A DNA stretch of 64,000 bases from a virus. The DNA lies in IMG/VR virus record IMGVR_UViG_3300009174_000002, positions 32,001 to 96,000 of that record; one strand, 5' to 3'. Below the pieces are notes generated by a model. It did not search any database. It saw only the letters and a list, made by a program, of their open reading frames with translations, and was not told the origin of the DNA. How positions within the stretch are numbered: the stretch's first letter is position 1; every line of letters begins with the position of its first letter. This document shows, in pieces, positions 10,220-20,522 of this stretch. The position numbers and the translations under genes were made by a program.

Positions 10220-10654
10220 TTAAATATTTTTATTATTTACAAAATCCAATATTTTGTTTTTTACTAAATACTTATTAGTTCTAAAATCTTTCTCCCAAAT
10301 TCTTAATAATCTATATCCACAACTTCTAGCTAATTCATCTTTATATTTATCATTAATAATAGCATCTCGTTGTACTTGATTAATTGCACCTTCTTTGAAT
10401 GCCGTTGGATTACAGTGCCAAAGATCCCCATCGAATTCTATGAGTATCATAGTATCTTTAATTTTAAAATCATAAAATTTATAGGCAATTTGATACTGTT
10501 TTTCAATTTTTAAACCACATTCCAATCTTAAGAATTTTCCAAACACTCCTTCTATCTTACTGGTACCTGGTTTATATACCCTTTTACTGCCCTTTCTTTT
10601 TATCCTAGCCTTATACGGTTTTCTTATCTTGGCCTTCCTTACGCGCTTTGCCAT
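10220..10654 (-). CDS. Vsr/DUF559-like endonuclease
   Basis: FYDFKI..LIEFDGDLWH..DKYKDELA..GYRLLRIWE; basic N-terminus. Confidence 0.8.
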   Translation of the reverse strand: MAKRVRKAKIRKPYKARIKRKGSKRVYKPGTSKIEGVFGKFLRLECGLKIEKQYQIAYKFYDFKIKDTMILIEFDGDLWHCNPTAFKEGAINQVQRDAIINDKYKDELARSCGYRLLRIWEKDFRTNKYLVKNKILDFVNNKNI

Positions 10655-11094
10655 TACTCATGTCTTATTTTAAATTCATTCCAGTAATCATCATTAAAAT
10701 TTCCATATTTGATCCAAGTATTATATTCTTTAGAAAATATAATCAATCCAGTATAAGTTCCATATTTGTCTCCTATTTTAACATCGGATTTTTTAATAAC
10801 TAATTCAGCCCATGCTTTATATTTAGCAGTAGAAAAACTAATTTTTGCTTCTGAGTCAGAAAATCCTATAAATACATCGCTATTTATTTTACCGACTAAC
10901 ACTTTATCTAAAAATGGGCAGTAAACTTTTACTTTATTGGTTTCAAGTAAATCTAACAAGATTTCTTTTAATATTGGATCTTTTTCTTTCTCAATTTCTT
11001 TTCTTCTTTCTTTTAATCTATTATCTATATTTCGAGGTCTAAAAAGATTATCTTCTTCTTTTAAAACTAACAATATTTTATTTATTAGATTCAT
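10654..11094 (-). CDS. FKPRR-tag family protein
   Basis: MNLINKILLVLKEEDNLFRPRNIDNR. Confidence 0.7.
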   Translation of the reverse strand: MNLINKILLVLKEEDNLFRPRNIDNRLKERRKEIEKEKDPILKEILLDLLETNKVKVYCPFLDKVLVGKINSDVFIGFSDSEAKISFSTAKYKAWAELVIKKSDVKIGDKYGTYTGLIIFSKEYNTWIKYGNFNDDYWNEFKIRHE

Positions 11095-11098
11095 TGAT

Positions 11099-11497
11099 TT
11101 AAAATTCTATTCCTACTAATTTAAGATATGAAGTTTTCTTATTAAAAAAAGGATTAGAAATAAATGTATTCATATGTTCAATTACAAAATGAAAAAGATT
11201 AAAATAACTTAATAAGGGTATTACAGCACTTCTTCTTCCTTTATATTTAGGAAATTTTGTTTTAAAATATTCTTCGGCTTTTTCTTTATCATTTCTTCTA
11301 ATTAAATATATTGCTTCATCTCCTATTACTTGAATAACCCAAATATTTTCAAACATTTCACTTCCATATTTTTCTAATCCATCTTTTATTATTTTCCTTT
11401 TTCTTTCTTTTTCCTTTTGTTTTCTATCTTCAATCTTTCTAGGCTTGAATAGATTTTCTTCTTCAGATTCAAACAATATTTTATCAACTAATTTCAT
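11099..11497 (-). CDS. FKPRR-tag family protein
   Basis: MKLVDKILFESEEENLFKPRKIEDR. Confidence 0.75.
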   Translation of the reverse strand: MKLVDKILFESEEENLFKPRKIEDRKQKEKERKRKIIKDGLEKYGSEMFENIWVIQVIGDEAIYLIRRNDKEKAEEYFKTKFPKYKGRRSAVIPLLSYFNLFHFVIEHMNTFISNPFFNKKTSYLKLVGIEF

Positions 11498-11529
11498 TTA
11501 GTTTCTTTATTTTTATTTAAATATGGACA

Positions 11530-11889
11530 ATGGAAAAAGAAGTTTGCGGAAAATGCAAGATTAATATAGCTACTTGGTGTCTTATGTGTGCTCCCAGAGT
11601 TTTAGATCCTTTTTATTGCAACAATTGTGTGCCCAGAGGATGTGATTGTAATAATAAATATACAAAAGATTATATAGGTGATTTTGAACCTGATAATCCT
11701 CCTACAGAGTTAAAATATTTTAACAGATGGAAATGGATTATCCCTGGAGAAATATGGAGATGGTTGGATGAGGATGGAAGAGAAAATCCCTGTTGTGAAT
11801 TTGAATATGAAAAAGAAGGATGGAATATTGAAAAATATGAAGAAAGAGATACTTATACACCTCATAATTGGAGAGATCCAGTAGAATAA
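11530..11889 (+). CDS. Cys-rich (zinc-binding) hypothetical protein
   Basis: CGKC, CLMC, YCNNCVPRGCDC, PCCEF; fills a gap between minus-strand genes. Confidence 0.7.
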   Translation: MEKEVCGKCKINIATWCLMCAPRVLDPFYCNNCVPRGCDCNNKYTKDYIGDFEPDNPPTELKYFNRWKWIIPGEIWRWLDEDGRENPCCEFEYEKEGWNIEKYEERDTYTPHNWRDPVE

Positions 11890-11891
11890 TA

Positions 11892-13016
11892 TTATCTTAT
11901 TTCTTTTAATAATCTTTCTTTTATTACTTCAATATTATTTTCTATATCGCTTTGCCAAAAGTACAGAACTTTATAATCATTACTCTCAGCTAGATATAAT
12001 TTTCTTTTATCATTTTTTATATTATGTTTTTGCACCTCATGTGTAGGACCGTTAATATACTTTTTAGGATTACAATGCCACCAATCTCCATGTATCTCTA
12101 TTAAGATGTTTTCATTTTTAATTTTAAAATCATAAAGTTTATTACATAAATTATATTGCTTTTCATATTCAATTTTCTCCTTAATAAGTAATTCTTCGAA
12201 TATATCTTCAGTTTCGGAAGTTTTAATCTTATGTTCATTTTCTTTAAGCCATTTTATTCTTTTTATTCTTTGTAATTCTTTATTTTCTTCATCTTTCCAA
12301 TATTCTTTGAAATGTTTATTATACTCGGTATCATAAGTACCTTCATCTTTCATTTTCTGTAATCTTAAATTAATTGCCTCACTTACTTGTTTCTTAATTC
12401 TATTTCCTTTTTCCTCTCCATATCTTTCTTCATATTTCTTCCCTTTTAATCTTTTGCTAGTTTCTATTTTCTCCTCCTCTGAAATAACTCTACCAAGTCT
12501 TTCTCTTTTGCCCTCTGCAAACTCTTTCTTTGTAGTATCCCATTTCTTTCTAATAACTTTGGCAGCAGTTTCAGGGTTATCTCTGGTAGGATTATTTCCT
12601 TCTAATCTTACATAATGTCCATGTATAAAATCATCAAATCTAGGTTGGCCGTTTCTCGGTTTAGTAAAAGTACCACATCCACATTTACAACGAGGTCTTT
12701 CTTGACCTTTATAACTAATTAACATTATAGCCTCTTCTAATTGTATTTTATGTATTTTTCTATACCAAGTATACAAACCATATAAAGTTTTATGTCTAGT
12801 ATTATCAATATCACATATAAAAGGAAATTCTTTTTCTGATCTGTCTAATTCTCTACTTCTTTCTGGTAAACCCATATGATTGGCACAAAGTGACAAAGAT
12901 TTCATAGTAAATCCAGGAAATATTCTTAATAATTCTTCTTTAGATAGAATATTATAAGTTTTCTTAAGTAATTCTTTTTGCTCAAGGGTAAATTTAGACT
13001 TTCTTTCTTTTCTCAT
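11892..13016 (-). CDS. free-standing homing endonuclease (Vsr/DUF559-like C-terminal domain)
   Basis: CKCGCG motif; YEERYGEEKG; LYDFKI..IEIHGDWWHCNP..YFWQSD; downstream of tail tube. Confidence 0.8.
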   Translation of the reverse strand: MRKERKSKFTLEQKELLKKTYNILSKEELLRIFPGFTMKSLSLCANHMGLPERSRELDRSEKEFPFICDIDNTRHKTLYGLYTWYRKIHKIQLEEAIMLISYKGQERPRCKCGCGTFTKPRNGQPRFDDFIHGHYVRLEGNNPTRDNPETAAKVIRKKWDTTKKEFAEGKRERLGRVISEEEKIETSKRLKGKKYEERYGEEKGNRIKKQVSEAINLRLQKMKDEGTYDTEYNKHFKEYWKDEENKELQRIKRIKWLKENEHKIKTSETEDIFEELLIKEKIEYEKQYNLCNKLYDFKIKNENILIEIHGDWWHCNPKKYINGPTHEVQKHNIKNDKRKLYLAESNDYKVLYFWQSDIENNIEVIKERLLKEIR

Positions 13017-13097
13017 TTTTTGTTTTAAAAATAATAAAAGAAAAATCTAAAGACAAATTGTAGTATAAAATAATCAAACATAATTTTTCTAAATATA

Positions 13098-13131
13098 AAA
13101 CATAAAAAAAGGATTAATAAAATTAATCCTT
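13098..13131 (-). terminator. intrinsic terminator after tail tube
   Basis: AAGGATTAAT/ATTAATCCTT stem plus TTTTTTTATGTTT tail. Confidence 0.75.
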
Positions 13132-13172
13132 AGGTAATAAATTTATATAACTTATTAATAATCAAGCAGTTA

Positions 13173-13667
13173 TCAGAACTCTTGAATGCAGTAATCATAC
13201 GCAATCGTAAGTGTTACTAAGGCTGGATCTGCATCTGATTCTTGATCCAAATCTCCTCCATCAATATCAGCAATAAAACATCCATAGAAATTCCATTGTT
13301 GAACAGGATTGCCACATTCATCTTCCATAACCAGGGTAATATTCTTTTTATAAATAGAAGGATAACTTCCACAACCTGTAATAGGATCAAAATGTTCTCT
13401 TTGCCATGCCTGGAATTTCTGCATCACTGAAGGCCCTACTACATCTCTAAATTCTACTGTAATATTTTCATATTTAGTAGCTCCTTTATATTTTGTAAAG
13501 AAGTTTTTATACTTTAATTCTTTAACAGTATTTGTTATTTTAGGTCTAGCAGCTTTTACTTCGAAACGTTCCGAAATACCCATTTCAGGTGGAAATATAA
13601 TTGACCAAAGATCTTTCCTGATTAGAGGAAATTCATTGGGGATGCCCGAGAAAAGTGAATTGCTCAT
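13173..13667 (-). CDS. tail tube protein (T4 gp19-like)
   Basis: YKKNITLVMEDECGNPVQQWNFYGCF..GDLD..TLTIAYDY. Confidence 0.9.
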   Translation of the reverse strand: MSNSLFSGIPNEFPLIRKDLWSIIFPPEMGISERFEVKAARPKITNTVKELKYKNFFTKYKGATKYENITVEFRDVVGPSVMQKFQAWQREHFDPITGCGSYPSIYKKNITLVMEDECGNPVQQWNFYGCFIADIDGGDLDQESDADPALVTLTIAYDYCIQEF

Positions 13668-13683
13668 TTTTTATAATATTTAA

Positions 13684-14526
13684 CTAGTTAGTTATTAATT
13701 TTTTAATTAAGATTTTACCATCTTTAGCTCTATTAACTATTATTTCAACAGGCTTAATTTTACTGGCTACTTCTTTGATTTTTAAATATTGTGGATTATT
13801 ATCTTTTTTTAATAATTCATAAGTATAAGTAGATTTTATTTCTATATATCTATCCTCGAATTCAAAATCTGGATAATAAAATCCTAAAGTTGTTAAAATA
13901 GGTTTAGTTTTAGTTGGTAAATTTTTTCCTTGTTTTACTAATTGTTCAATATATTGTCTTTCGCAATTTCCCTGACATCTTAATCCATATATTTCATAAA
14001 ATTTACCTTTAGGATTTTTTCTCCTATCAATTAATTCCTGTAATTCTTCTGGATGGTCCTCCCAATATTTTTGTTGAGTTTTTACTCTTCTTTTTAAAGT
14101 TTTATTCATTCTTTCTTCTCCATCTTCATATCTATCTTTTAAAGCTCCTATAAATCCCTTTCCTTCATACATTTTAGAAAGTTGTTTATTTCTACAACTT
14201 TTACAAACAGTGTTATCTCTAATGGAAGATTTTAAATAATATTTAGATTTATAATACAATATACTATCGCAACCTTCATTTGGACATTTTTTAAAAAATT
14301 CTGTCTTTTTGTTTTTATCAAACTTAAATTTTTGAGTACAAGTAGGACATAATAGATTTTTCTTTTCTGCACTTGCCATATGATCATATGTAGTATATTC
14401 TATTTTATTTTCTTTACATTCGTTACAAAGTCTAAAAAATGGTCCAATATCTCTTCCTTTATAATTATGTCCTTTTAGTTTCTTTAACTCAGGAGTAATT
14501 TCAATAGTTTGTTTCCATAGTATCAT
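13684..14526 (-). CDS. free-standing PD-(D/E)xK homing endonuclease with Zn fingers
   Basis: Several CxxC motifs; CQGNCE..YYPDFEFEDRYIEIKSTYT. ATG at 14526 (MILWKQ) preferred to the TTG at 14589. Confidence 0.75.
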   Translation of the reverse strand: MILWKQTIEITPELKKLKGHNYKGRDIGPFFRLCNECKENKIEYTTYDHMASAEKKNLLCPTCTQKFKFDKNKKTEFFKKCPNEGCDSILYYKSKYYLKSSIRDNTVCKSCRNKQLSKMYEGKGFIGALKDRYEDGEERMNKTLKRRVKTQQKYWEDHPEELQELIDRRKNPKGKFYEIYGLRCQGNCERQYIEQLVKQGKNLPTKTKPILTTLGFYYPDFEFEDRYIEIKSTYTYELLKKDNNPQYLKIKEVASKIKPVEIIVNRAKDGKILIKKLITN

Positions 14527-14632
14527 TAACAAAAAAATTGGTTTATACTTGTAAATATAAACCAAAGTTCTTTTAAAAATAAATTCCAACTAATATATCA
14601 TATTCTTTACTTTTAAATGTAACATTTGTTCA

Positions 14633-14992
14633 TTATATTTCTTCTATTATATATCCTTTAGGTACTCCTTGTTCTGTGTAAGGAATATTTCTATTCATAT
14701 CTCTATCTTCTTCTTGTGCTTTTTGTCTTTCTACATTTAAATAAGAACGCTTAGCATATCTTTTCAGATAATTTAAATCATCAAATCCTCCCAACCAATC
14801 TTTACTATTTCTATCGGTAATTCTATATAATTGGAATGGTTTACTAGATTCTTTTGCATCTTCAACTTCTTCTGAAGTGTCAGAGTAAAATTCATCTCCA
14901 TCAAATTCTTTTATAATAACTGTCTTACCAGAATACTTTTCTAAAAGATTTTTTATAACAAATATTTTTCTTTTATTTAATATTTTTTTCAT
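14633..14992 (-). CDS. LLEKYS-tag family protein
   Basis: KRKIFVIKNLLEKYSGKTVIIKEF; N-terminus near-identical to 37025..37303. Confidence 0.7.
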   Translation of the reverse strand: MKKILNKRKIFVIKNLLEKYSGKTVIIKEFDGDEFYSDTSEEVEDAKESSKPFQLYRITDRNSKDWLGGFDDLNYLKRYAKRSYLNVERQKAQEEDRDMNRNIPYTEQGVPKGYIIEEI

Positions 14993-15000
14993 TGATTAAA

Positions 15001-16290
15001 TTAAATATGAAAAAATTCAAGTATTTCAGCCATAGCAGCAAAAACATGTAATAATTCTCCGGCTACCTTCATTCCAGGTCTGGCTTTAACTTTTATTTTT
15101 TCTATAGCTGCTTTTTTATTTGAATTACTCATTTTTGAAGTATCTAAATTCATAATAACCTCTAAAGTTTCCTCAATATTTAAATTTTCTAAAGTATTGG
15201 TTATTTTTTTTATATCATAAATTTCTACTTGTGTAATTCCTTCGTTTGGATCTTTTGATTTATGATAATATTTTATTGGAAGTTTGGGTACTGGTTTATC
15301 TTCAAATATTACTTTCTTACTAGAATACTTTTCAAGAAGTTTGGTAAGATTTTGTATTTCTTTTTGTTTAACACCTTCTTTTTTGTGTTTATTTAAAATA
15401 CCATCTTGTTTAGTTTTTTGAATATTTTCATTTTTCTTATTACGAAAATACTCTACTTGCTTTAACCTTTTATTTGCTTCGTCTTCATTATCATAAGGTC
15501 CTCCTAAATTCTTTCCAGAATGACTTTTAACATAATATTTTCCATTTTCCTTTTTAACAAACTCTTTTAAAAAACCTTTATTAACTGAGTTAGTTAATAC
15601 TTTATTTTTTTTAGTATTTTGTTTTTCTTCCTTTAATATTTCTTTTTTCATTTCAGAAATTATAGGTATTATTAAATTTAATTCTTTCATGATTTTAGAT
15701 TCATCATATTGAGAGAAATATTTTATAAAATCGCTTAAATAAATATATTCTATATCTAATGTCTTATTATTAAATATTGTACTTAAAAAATTACTTCTTG
15801 AAGCCAATTTACATATTAAAGGAAGTTTTTGAGGATTCTTTTTTAATTTTTTAAAAATTAACATAATATTTAACTGCATATCTTTTAAATCATCTAAAAA
15901 ATCTTCTTGTACTTTCTGTACACCTAATTCTTTTAATAATTTTTTATTTTCATGTAAAGTATATGTTTCATCATCATCTGGAGTATCTGTGAATTCTACA
16001 CTATATAGAAATTTCCATTTTTCTTGTTCCCAACTCCATATAGCTCTGTTGGTATTTATAAAACCATTATTCTCATATTCTATTTCTGCAATAATAAAAT
16101 CATTGTGCAAAACAATTTTAATAATTTTACATTTTACTTTATTGTCACCAGTATAAACATCTATAATACTTCCTTTAGGAAATTTTCTAACAATATCCAA
16201 TTGTTTTTCTTTTAACTCATCTTCTCTATCCTCTATTCTTCGAGGCTTAAAGATATTTTCTTCGGATTCAAATATTAAATTATCAAACAT
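15001..16290 (-). CDS. multi-cassette tagged protein
   Basis: LIFESEENIFKPRRIEDR; LKEFVKKENGKYYVKSHSGKNLGGPY module; LLEKYSSKKVIFED. Confidence 0.75.
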   Translation of the reverse strand: MFDNLIFESEENIFKPRRIEDREDELKEKQLDIVRKFPKGSIIDVYTGDNKVKCKIIKIVLHNDFIIAEIEYENNGFINTNRAIWSWEQEKWKFLYSVEFTDTPDDDETYTLHENKKLLKELGVQKVQEDFLDDLKDMQLNIMLIFKKLKKNPQKLPLICKLASRSNFLSTIFNNKTLDIEYIYLSDFIKYFSQYDESKIMKELNLIIPIISEMKKEILKEEKQNTKKNKVLTNSVNKGFLKEFVKKENGKYYVKSHSGKNLGGPYDNEDEANKRLKQVEYFRNKKNENIQKTKQDGILNKHKKEGVKQKEIQNLTKLLEKYSSKKVIFEDKPVPKLPIKYYHKSKDPNEGITQVEIYDIKKITNTLENLNIEETLEVIMNLDTSKMSNSNKKAAIEKIKVKARPGMKVAGELLHVFAAMAEILEFFHI

Positions 16291-16304
16291 TTTAAAAAAT
16301 TATT

Positions 16305-17990
16305 TTAAATTGATACTCTTTTCTTTCTTTCATCTATAGCATTTAAAATGTATTCATCTATTTCTTCTGATCCTTTGTCTACATAATCATCCAATAAACC
16401 TTTTGTTGTTGTTATTGAATATACTTGTTTATTTTGCGCTCTAGCCCTCATTCCCATTCCATGAAGCATAGAAGAAGTACTTCTGGTTTGATCAAAATCA
16501 TCAAAGTTTATTTCTTCATCTGAATCTTGATCAGTTGCTAATAACTGTAAATTTTCTATATCTAAAGTTTTTCTATAGGAGCCATCATTATTTTTTTTAA
16601 ATTCCTCTCCACCTACAAATACATATACTGATTGATTTCTGCCTATATTTTGGTATTTATTAATTAGATATTGTATTGTAAAATTACCTTTTGCAGTTTT
16701 AGCTAATTTATCAGTTAATTCTTTTATTTCTTTTTCAGAAAATTTTGTTTTAAGCAGATTTAAATCTTCTGTACTTTGTAGTAAATCTGGTATAATTAAT
16801 AAAATTTGAGAAAACTTTTCTTTATCTAAATTTTTTATAAAATTTAAAACTGTTTTTCTGCTATCTGGTAAATTAGTAATGGAATCTTTATTTATTTTAA
16901 AAAATTGTAACATTTGTTCAAAAGGAAGTTTAAATACTAAATTTAAAATAGCATGATAATTAGTATTGTATTCAAATTTATCAGGCTTTTTCATCATAGC
17001 ATCTACCAATGGTTTAGCAATAACTGCACCTCTATCTTCCATTCTTCTAGGTTTAAAAAGATTATTTTCTTCATCTTCAAATATCACTTTTTTATTGGAA
17101 TATTTTTCAAGTAATCGAACTAATTCATTTAATTTTTTTGCTTCTTTAATATTAATTTCTCCATTGCTCAATAAATCTAATATACCAGGTAAGTTTATAT
17201 CTGTTTGAGGCATAACATTTCTACTTGGCGCACCTAAAACTGGTTTATTTTTTATTTGCATGTTTTTAACATTATTCCAAATATAATCAGCGGTATGATC
17301 AGGAGATTGATGACCTAATTCGGATTGAAAAACCTCAAAAACTTCATCATTCATTGTATTTAATACATAATCTTTTATTTGTTTTTCATTCGCTTTAAAA
17401 AGATTAGTACCTTGAACATTTTCAGTAGGTACGGTTCCTGTAGAAACATAAATTGCTTCTTCGGTAGCCTTTAAAGCAGATAAAGGCTTTATACCTTCTT
17501 TTTCTAAATTTACAGCATCTAAATGACAATCTGGATTAATTACATAAACTTGTGACCAACGATGATGACCATCAATTATATTTTTTTCATTAAAAGTTAG
17601 AATTTCATTATTTCCTAATTTTATAGGTCCACCTGATAAAATTAATTTTATTTCATCCGGTTTTTTTAAGGGATAACTTAAAGATTTAGTTATATCTACT
17701 TCGTTTTGTGTAGGATGTAAATTCTTAGCGGGTATAGTAGTTTTACTTATATTGAATTTATCGTTTTCATTATTTTTATTCTTCTTTAAAAAAGTTTGTA
17801 ATTTTTCATTACCAGGAAGTTGAGATAAACCTTTTACAAACTGTATATAAGGTTTATTTGTTAATTTATCTAATCTATTTTCTAGTTTATGTTCTTGGGT
17901 AATTTCGGTAATAGGTATTCTTTCAGATTCTTTTCTTAATTTTGAATATTCAGATAATAATTTTTTAATATGTTGTTTTTTCTTACTCAT
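16305..17990 (-). CDS. ParB/Srx-like domain protein carrying both tags
   Basis: LHPTQNEV..IIDGHHRW; LLEKYSNKKVIFEDEENNLFKPRRMEDR. Confidence 0.7.
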   Translation of the reverse strand: MSKKKQHIKKLLSEYSKLRKESERIPITEITQEHKLENRLDKLTNKPYIQFVKGLSQLPGNEKLQTFLKKNKNNENDKFNISKTTIPAKNLHPTQNEVDITKSLSYPLKKPDEIKLILSGGPIKLGNNEILTFNEKNIIDGHHRWSQVYVINPDCHLDAVNLEKEGIKPLSALKATEEAIYVSTGTVPTENVQGTNLFKANEKQIKDYVLNTMNDEVFEVFQSELGHQSPDHTADYIWNNVKNMQIKNKPVLGAPSRNVMPQTDINLPGILDLLSNGEINIKEAKKLNELVRLLEKYSNKKVIFEDEENNLFKPRRMEDRGAVIAKPLVDAMMKKPDKFEYNTNYHAILNLVFKLPFEQMLQFFKINKDSITNLPDSRKTVLNFIKNLDKEKFSQILLIIPDLLQSTEDLNLLKTKFSEKEIKELTDKLAKTAKGNFTIQYLINKYQNIGRNQSVYVFVGGEEFKKNNDGSYRKTLDIENLQLLATDQDSDEEINFDDFDQTRSTSSMLHGMGMRARAQNKQVYSITTTKGLLDDYVDKGSEEIDEYILNAIDERKKRVSI

Positions 17991-18023
17991 TTACTATTTT
18001 TCAAATCTTTTAATTATAAGTTT

Positions 18024-18461
18024 TTATTTTAAATTATTATCTCTATCAAACTTTAATTCTTCAATAATTATATTTAATAATTGTTTTTCGTTTTTAATAC
18101 CCTTATATCTATTTTTTATCTCATCTTTTTTACCCTTAAACCAATGATATTTTGTAACAAATACTTTTTCTTCTTTTTTATTCCATATAAAAAGATAATT
18201 AAAAAGTAGAGTAGTATTAACTATTCTAGTTTTTAAATGAATTCTAATTTCATTTTTCTTTTTTATTTGTGTTAAATCATAAGTGTTAAGATCAACGATG
18301 ATTATATTTTCATCATTTCTCAATAAATTAGTTAATTTTGTTCTAAATTCATCCCTCATTTTTTCTTCAGGTGTTCTCAAATCAGGCCGTGTAGTTAAAC
18401 GTCTAGGCTTGAACAAATTTTCTTCTTCAGATTCTTTTAAGATTTTATTTACTAAATCCAT
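18024..18461 (-). CDS. FKPRR-tag family protein
   Basis: MDLVNKILKESEEENLFKPRRL. Confidence 0.75.
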   Translation of the reverse strand: MDLVNKILKESEEENLFKPRRLTTRPDLRTPEEKMRDEFRTKLTNLLRNDENIIIVDLNTYDLTQIKKKNEIRIHLKTRIVNTTLLFNYLFIWNKKEEKVFVTKYHWFKGKKDEIKNRYKGIKNEKQLLNIIIEELKFDRDNNLK

Positions 18462-18471
18462 CTAAAGTAAT

Positions 18472-18744
18472 TTATTCTGAAAAATAATATGGCCAAAGCA
18501 AAATTATTCCTTCAAAAACTTTTTCACTTTCAGTACCATTTCCAAAAATAATATGTTGAAGAAAGTTAGCAAATTTTTTATCAGGAATTTGTCCTAATTT
18601 GGCAAGAAATTCAGATTTTATTCGTTTTTCATCTTCTAAATTTCTATTTTCTTTTTTTTGTATTCTCCTAGAATTAAAAGGATTTACTTCAGATTCATTT
18701 AAGATTCTAGTTATTAAATCCTTAGATTTTAATATTGATTTCAT
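18472..18744 (-). CDS. degenerate FKPRR-tag protein
   Basis: LITRILNESEVNPFNSRRI. ATG at 18744 lies just downstream of the TATTTAAA motif at 18751. Confidence 0.6.
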   Translation of the reverse strand: MKSILKSKDLITRILNESEVNPFNSRRIQKKENRNLEDEKRIKSEFLAKLGQIPDKKFANFLQHIIFGNGTESEKVFEGIILLWPYYFSE

Positions 18745-18810
18745 TTTAACTTTAAATAATGGTTTTACCATATTTATTCTAAAGGTTTAAAAATAACTTT
18801 TATCAGATAT

Positions 18811-18846
18811 AACATAAAAAAGCCTATCTATAAAAGATAGGCTTTT
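18811..18846 (-). terminator. intrinsic terminator
   Basis: AAAAGCCTATCT/AGATAGGCTTTT plus TTTTTTATGTT tail. Confidence 0.75.
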
Positions 18847-18871
18847 AGAAAAAAAAATTAAAATTTATAAA

Positions 18872-19198
18872 CTACGCTGTATGACTTGCCGTTTTATTCT
18901 TTTTAATTTCTTCCATTTGTGTTTCTCCTGGCTCTATTGAACCCAGTAGTTCTTCATCGGTTAAGTGATTATTTAACCAATGATAGGCTTCATATGCCTT
19001 ACATAAGGTAAAAGCATCGGTTTCATGATGAAATCGTTTTTTAATTTCTTCTGAAGATAAATTTTCATTTAAAACCAGAACCTGGGCATTTATCGCTTTG
19101 TGAATGTTTTTTCCATAATTTGAATTGTCAGAAATTTCATCTCTTAAATTGCTTAATTTAGAAATCATTTCATTGATTTGTGTCTTAGTCTTGTTCAT
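18872..19198 (-). CDS. hypothetical protein
   Basis: Stand-alone ORF with its own terminator; upstream TTTG-N20-TACTTTTA resembles a Bacteroidota sigma70 promoter. Confidence 0.6.
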   Translation of the reverse strand: MNKTKTQINEMISKLSNLRDEISDNSNYGKNIHKAINAQVLVLNENLSSEEIKKRFHHETDAFTLCKAYEAYHWLNNHLTDEELLGSIEPGETQMEEIKKNKTASHTA

Positions 19199-19359
19199 AA
19201 ATTAAATTTTTTAAAAATGGAAAAATTAAAAATTCTATGCGATAAAAGTATATTAGTTATTGGTTTTTTCCAAAAAATAATTTTGATTTTTAGAAGTCTA
19301 CTATAAATAAGTAATTTTTAATTTGCTGTTAAAGACATCAAGAAAAAACAAAATGAAAA

Positions 19360-20410
19360 TTAGAGAATGATTATTTCCTTAATTTCAGTATTTGAATCCA
19401 TTATAATTATTTCTATTGGTTTTATATTTTGATTAATCCATTGAATTTTTTTAAATTGTTTTTTAGTATACTCGCCATTAATATTTTCTTTTTCACCTAA
19501 AAAGATTTCTTTAGTATAAGTGGATTTAATTTCTATATATCTATCTTTGAATTCAAAATCAGGATGATAAATACCAAAAGGTGTTTTTACAAATATTTTA
19601 TCTAAAAAAGGCAATTGTAAGTTATTATTAATTAAATATTCAATATAAAATTTTTCACTTCTTCCTTGACATTTATATCCATTTACTTCATAGAATTTAC
19701 ATTTAGGAAATGTAGTTATACCTTTTTCTAATTTTTCTTGTAAAGTATTAGCTTTTTTAATAAGCGTTTCTATAGTAGGTTTTTTTTCCTAACATTCTTT
19801 CACTTGCCAATTTCCTCATCTCTTCTCTTTTCATATGATTATTTTCACCAGAGATTTTTTTAGAAATTTTTTCTCCTCTTTTTTTTAATATCTCTTGTTT
19901 AGAAGGATCGTTTTTTATTTCTTGCCATTTTTTCTTTAAAGCCTTACTTTGTTTTTGTTTAATCACTTCTTTTTCCTGTTGAGACTTATTTTGTTTCGTT
20001 TCTGAAGATTTTTTATATCTTTCTAAATATTTTTCTGGATTAGTATTATAAATTTGTTTTTGAGCATTTGACATTCTTTCTCTACTTTCTTTACTTCTTT
20101 TCATACCTCGTTGTTTATTGGCAGTTTTTTCTTGTTTTTCTGACATCTGCTCAGGAGTATATTTAGAATATGTTTCCTTAATACTTTTGGCTCTTCTATT
20201 AATTATTTCTTGATATTTTATAGGATTATCATTTTTTAATTTTTCTATTGCATTTTTTTTATTTTGTTTTATTTTAAGAAAATATTCTGAATCGTTTAAA
20301 ATTTGTTTATATCTTCTAAATTTTTTCTTTTCTGATCTTGTTAATACTCCTTTATTTTGTAATTCTAAAAATGCCTTTTGCACTGATTCATGATTTTGTT
20401 TTATTCTCAT
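19360..20410 (-). pseudogene. PD-(D/E)xK homing endonuclease with NUMOD3-like repeats, frameshifted at an A8 tract
   Basis: Removing one A at 19780-19787 fuses the two ORFs into 349 aa. The C-terminus (KFYEVNGYKCQGRSE..YHPDFEFKDRYIEIKSTYT) matches 13684..14526. Confidence 0.8.
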
Positions 20411-20461
20411 TTTTTATTTTTAAATATCATTAATGAGAATAAAATCAATTATAATTTAAAC

Positions 20462-20501
20462 AAAACATAAAAAAAAGAGTAGTTTATAATAACTACTCTT
20501 T
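20462..20501 (-). terminator. intrinsic terminator after tail sheath
   Basis: AAAGAGTAGTT/AACTACTCTTT plus TTTTTTTATGTTTT tail. Confidence 0.8.
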
Positions 20502-20522
20502 AAACACTTTTTAGATTAAATT

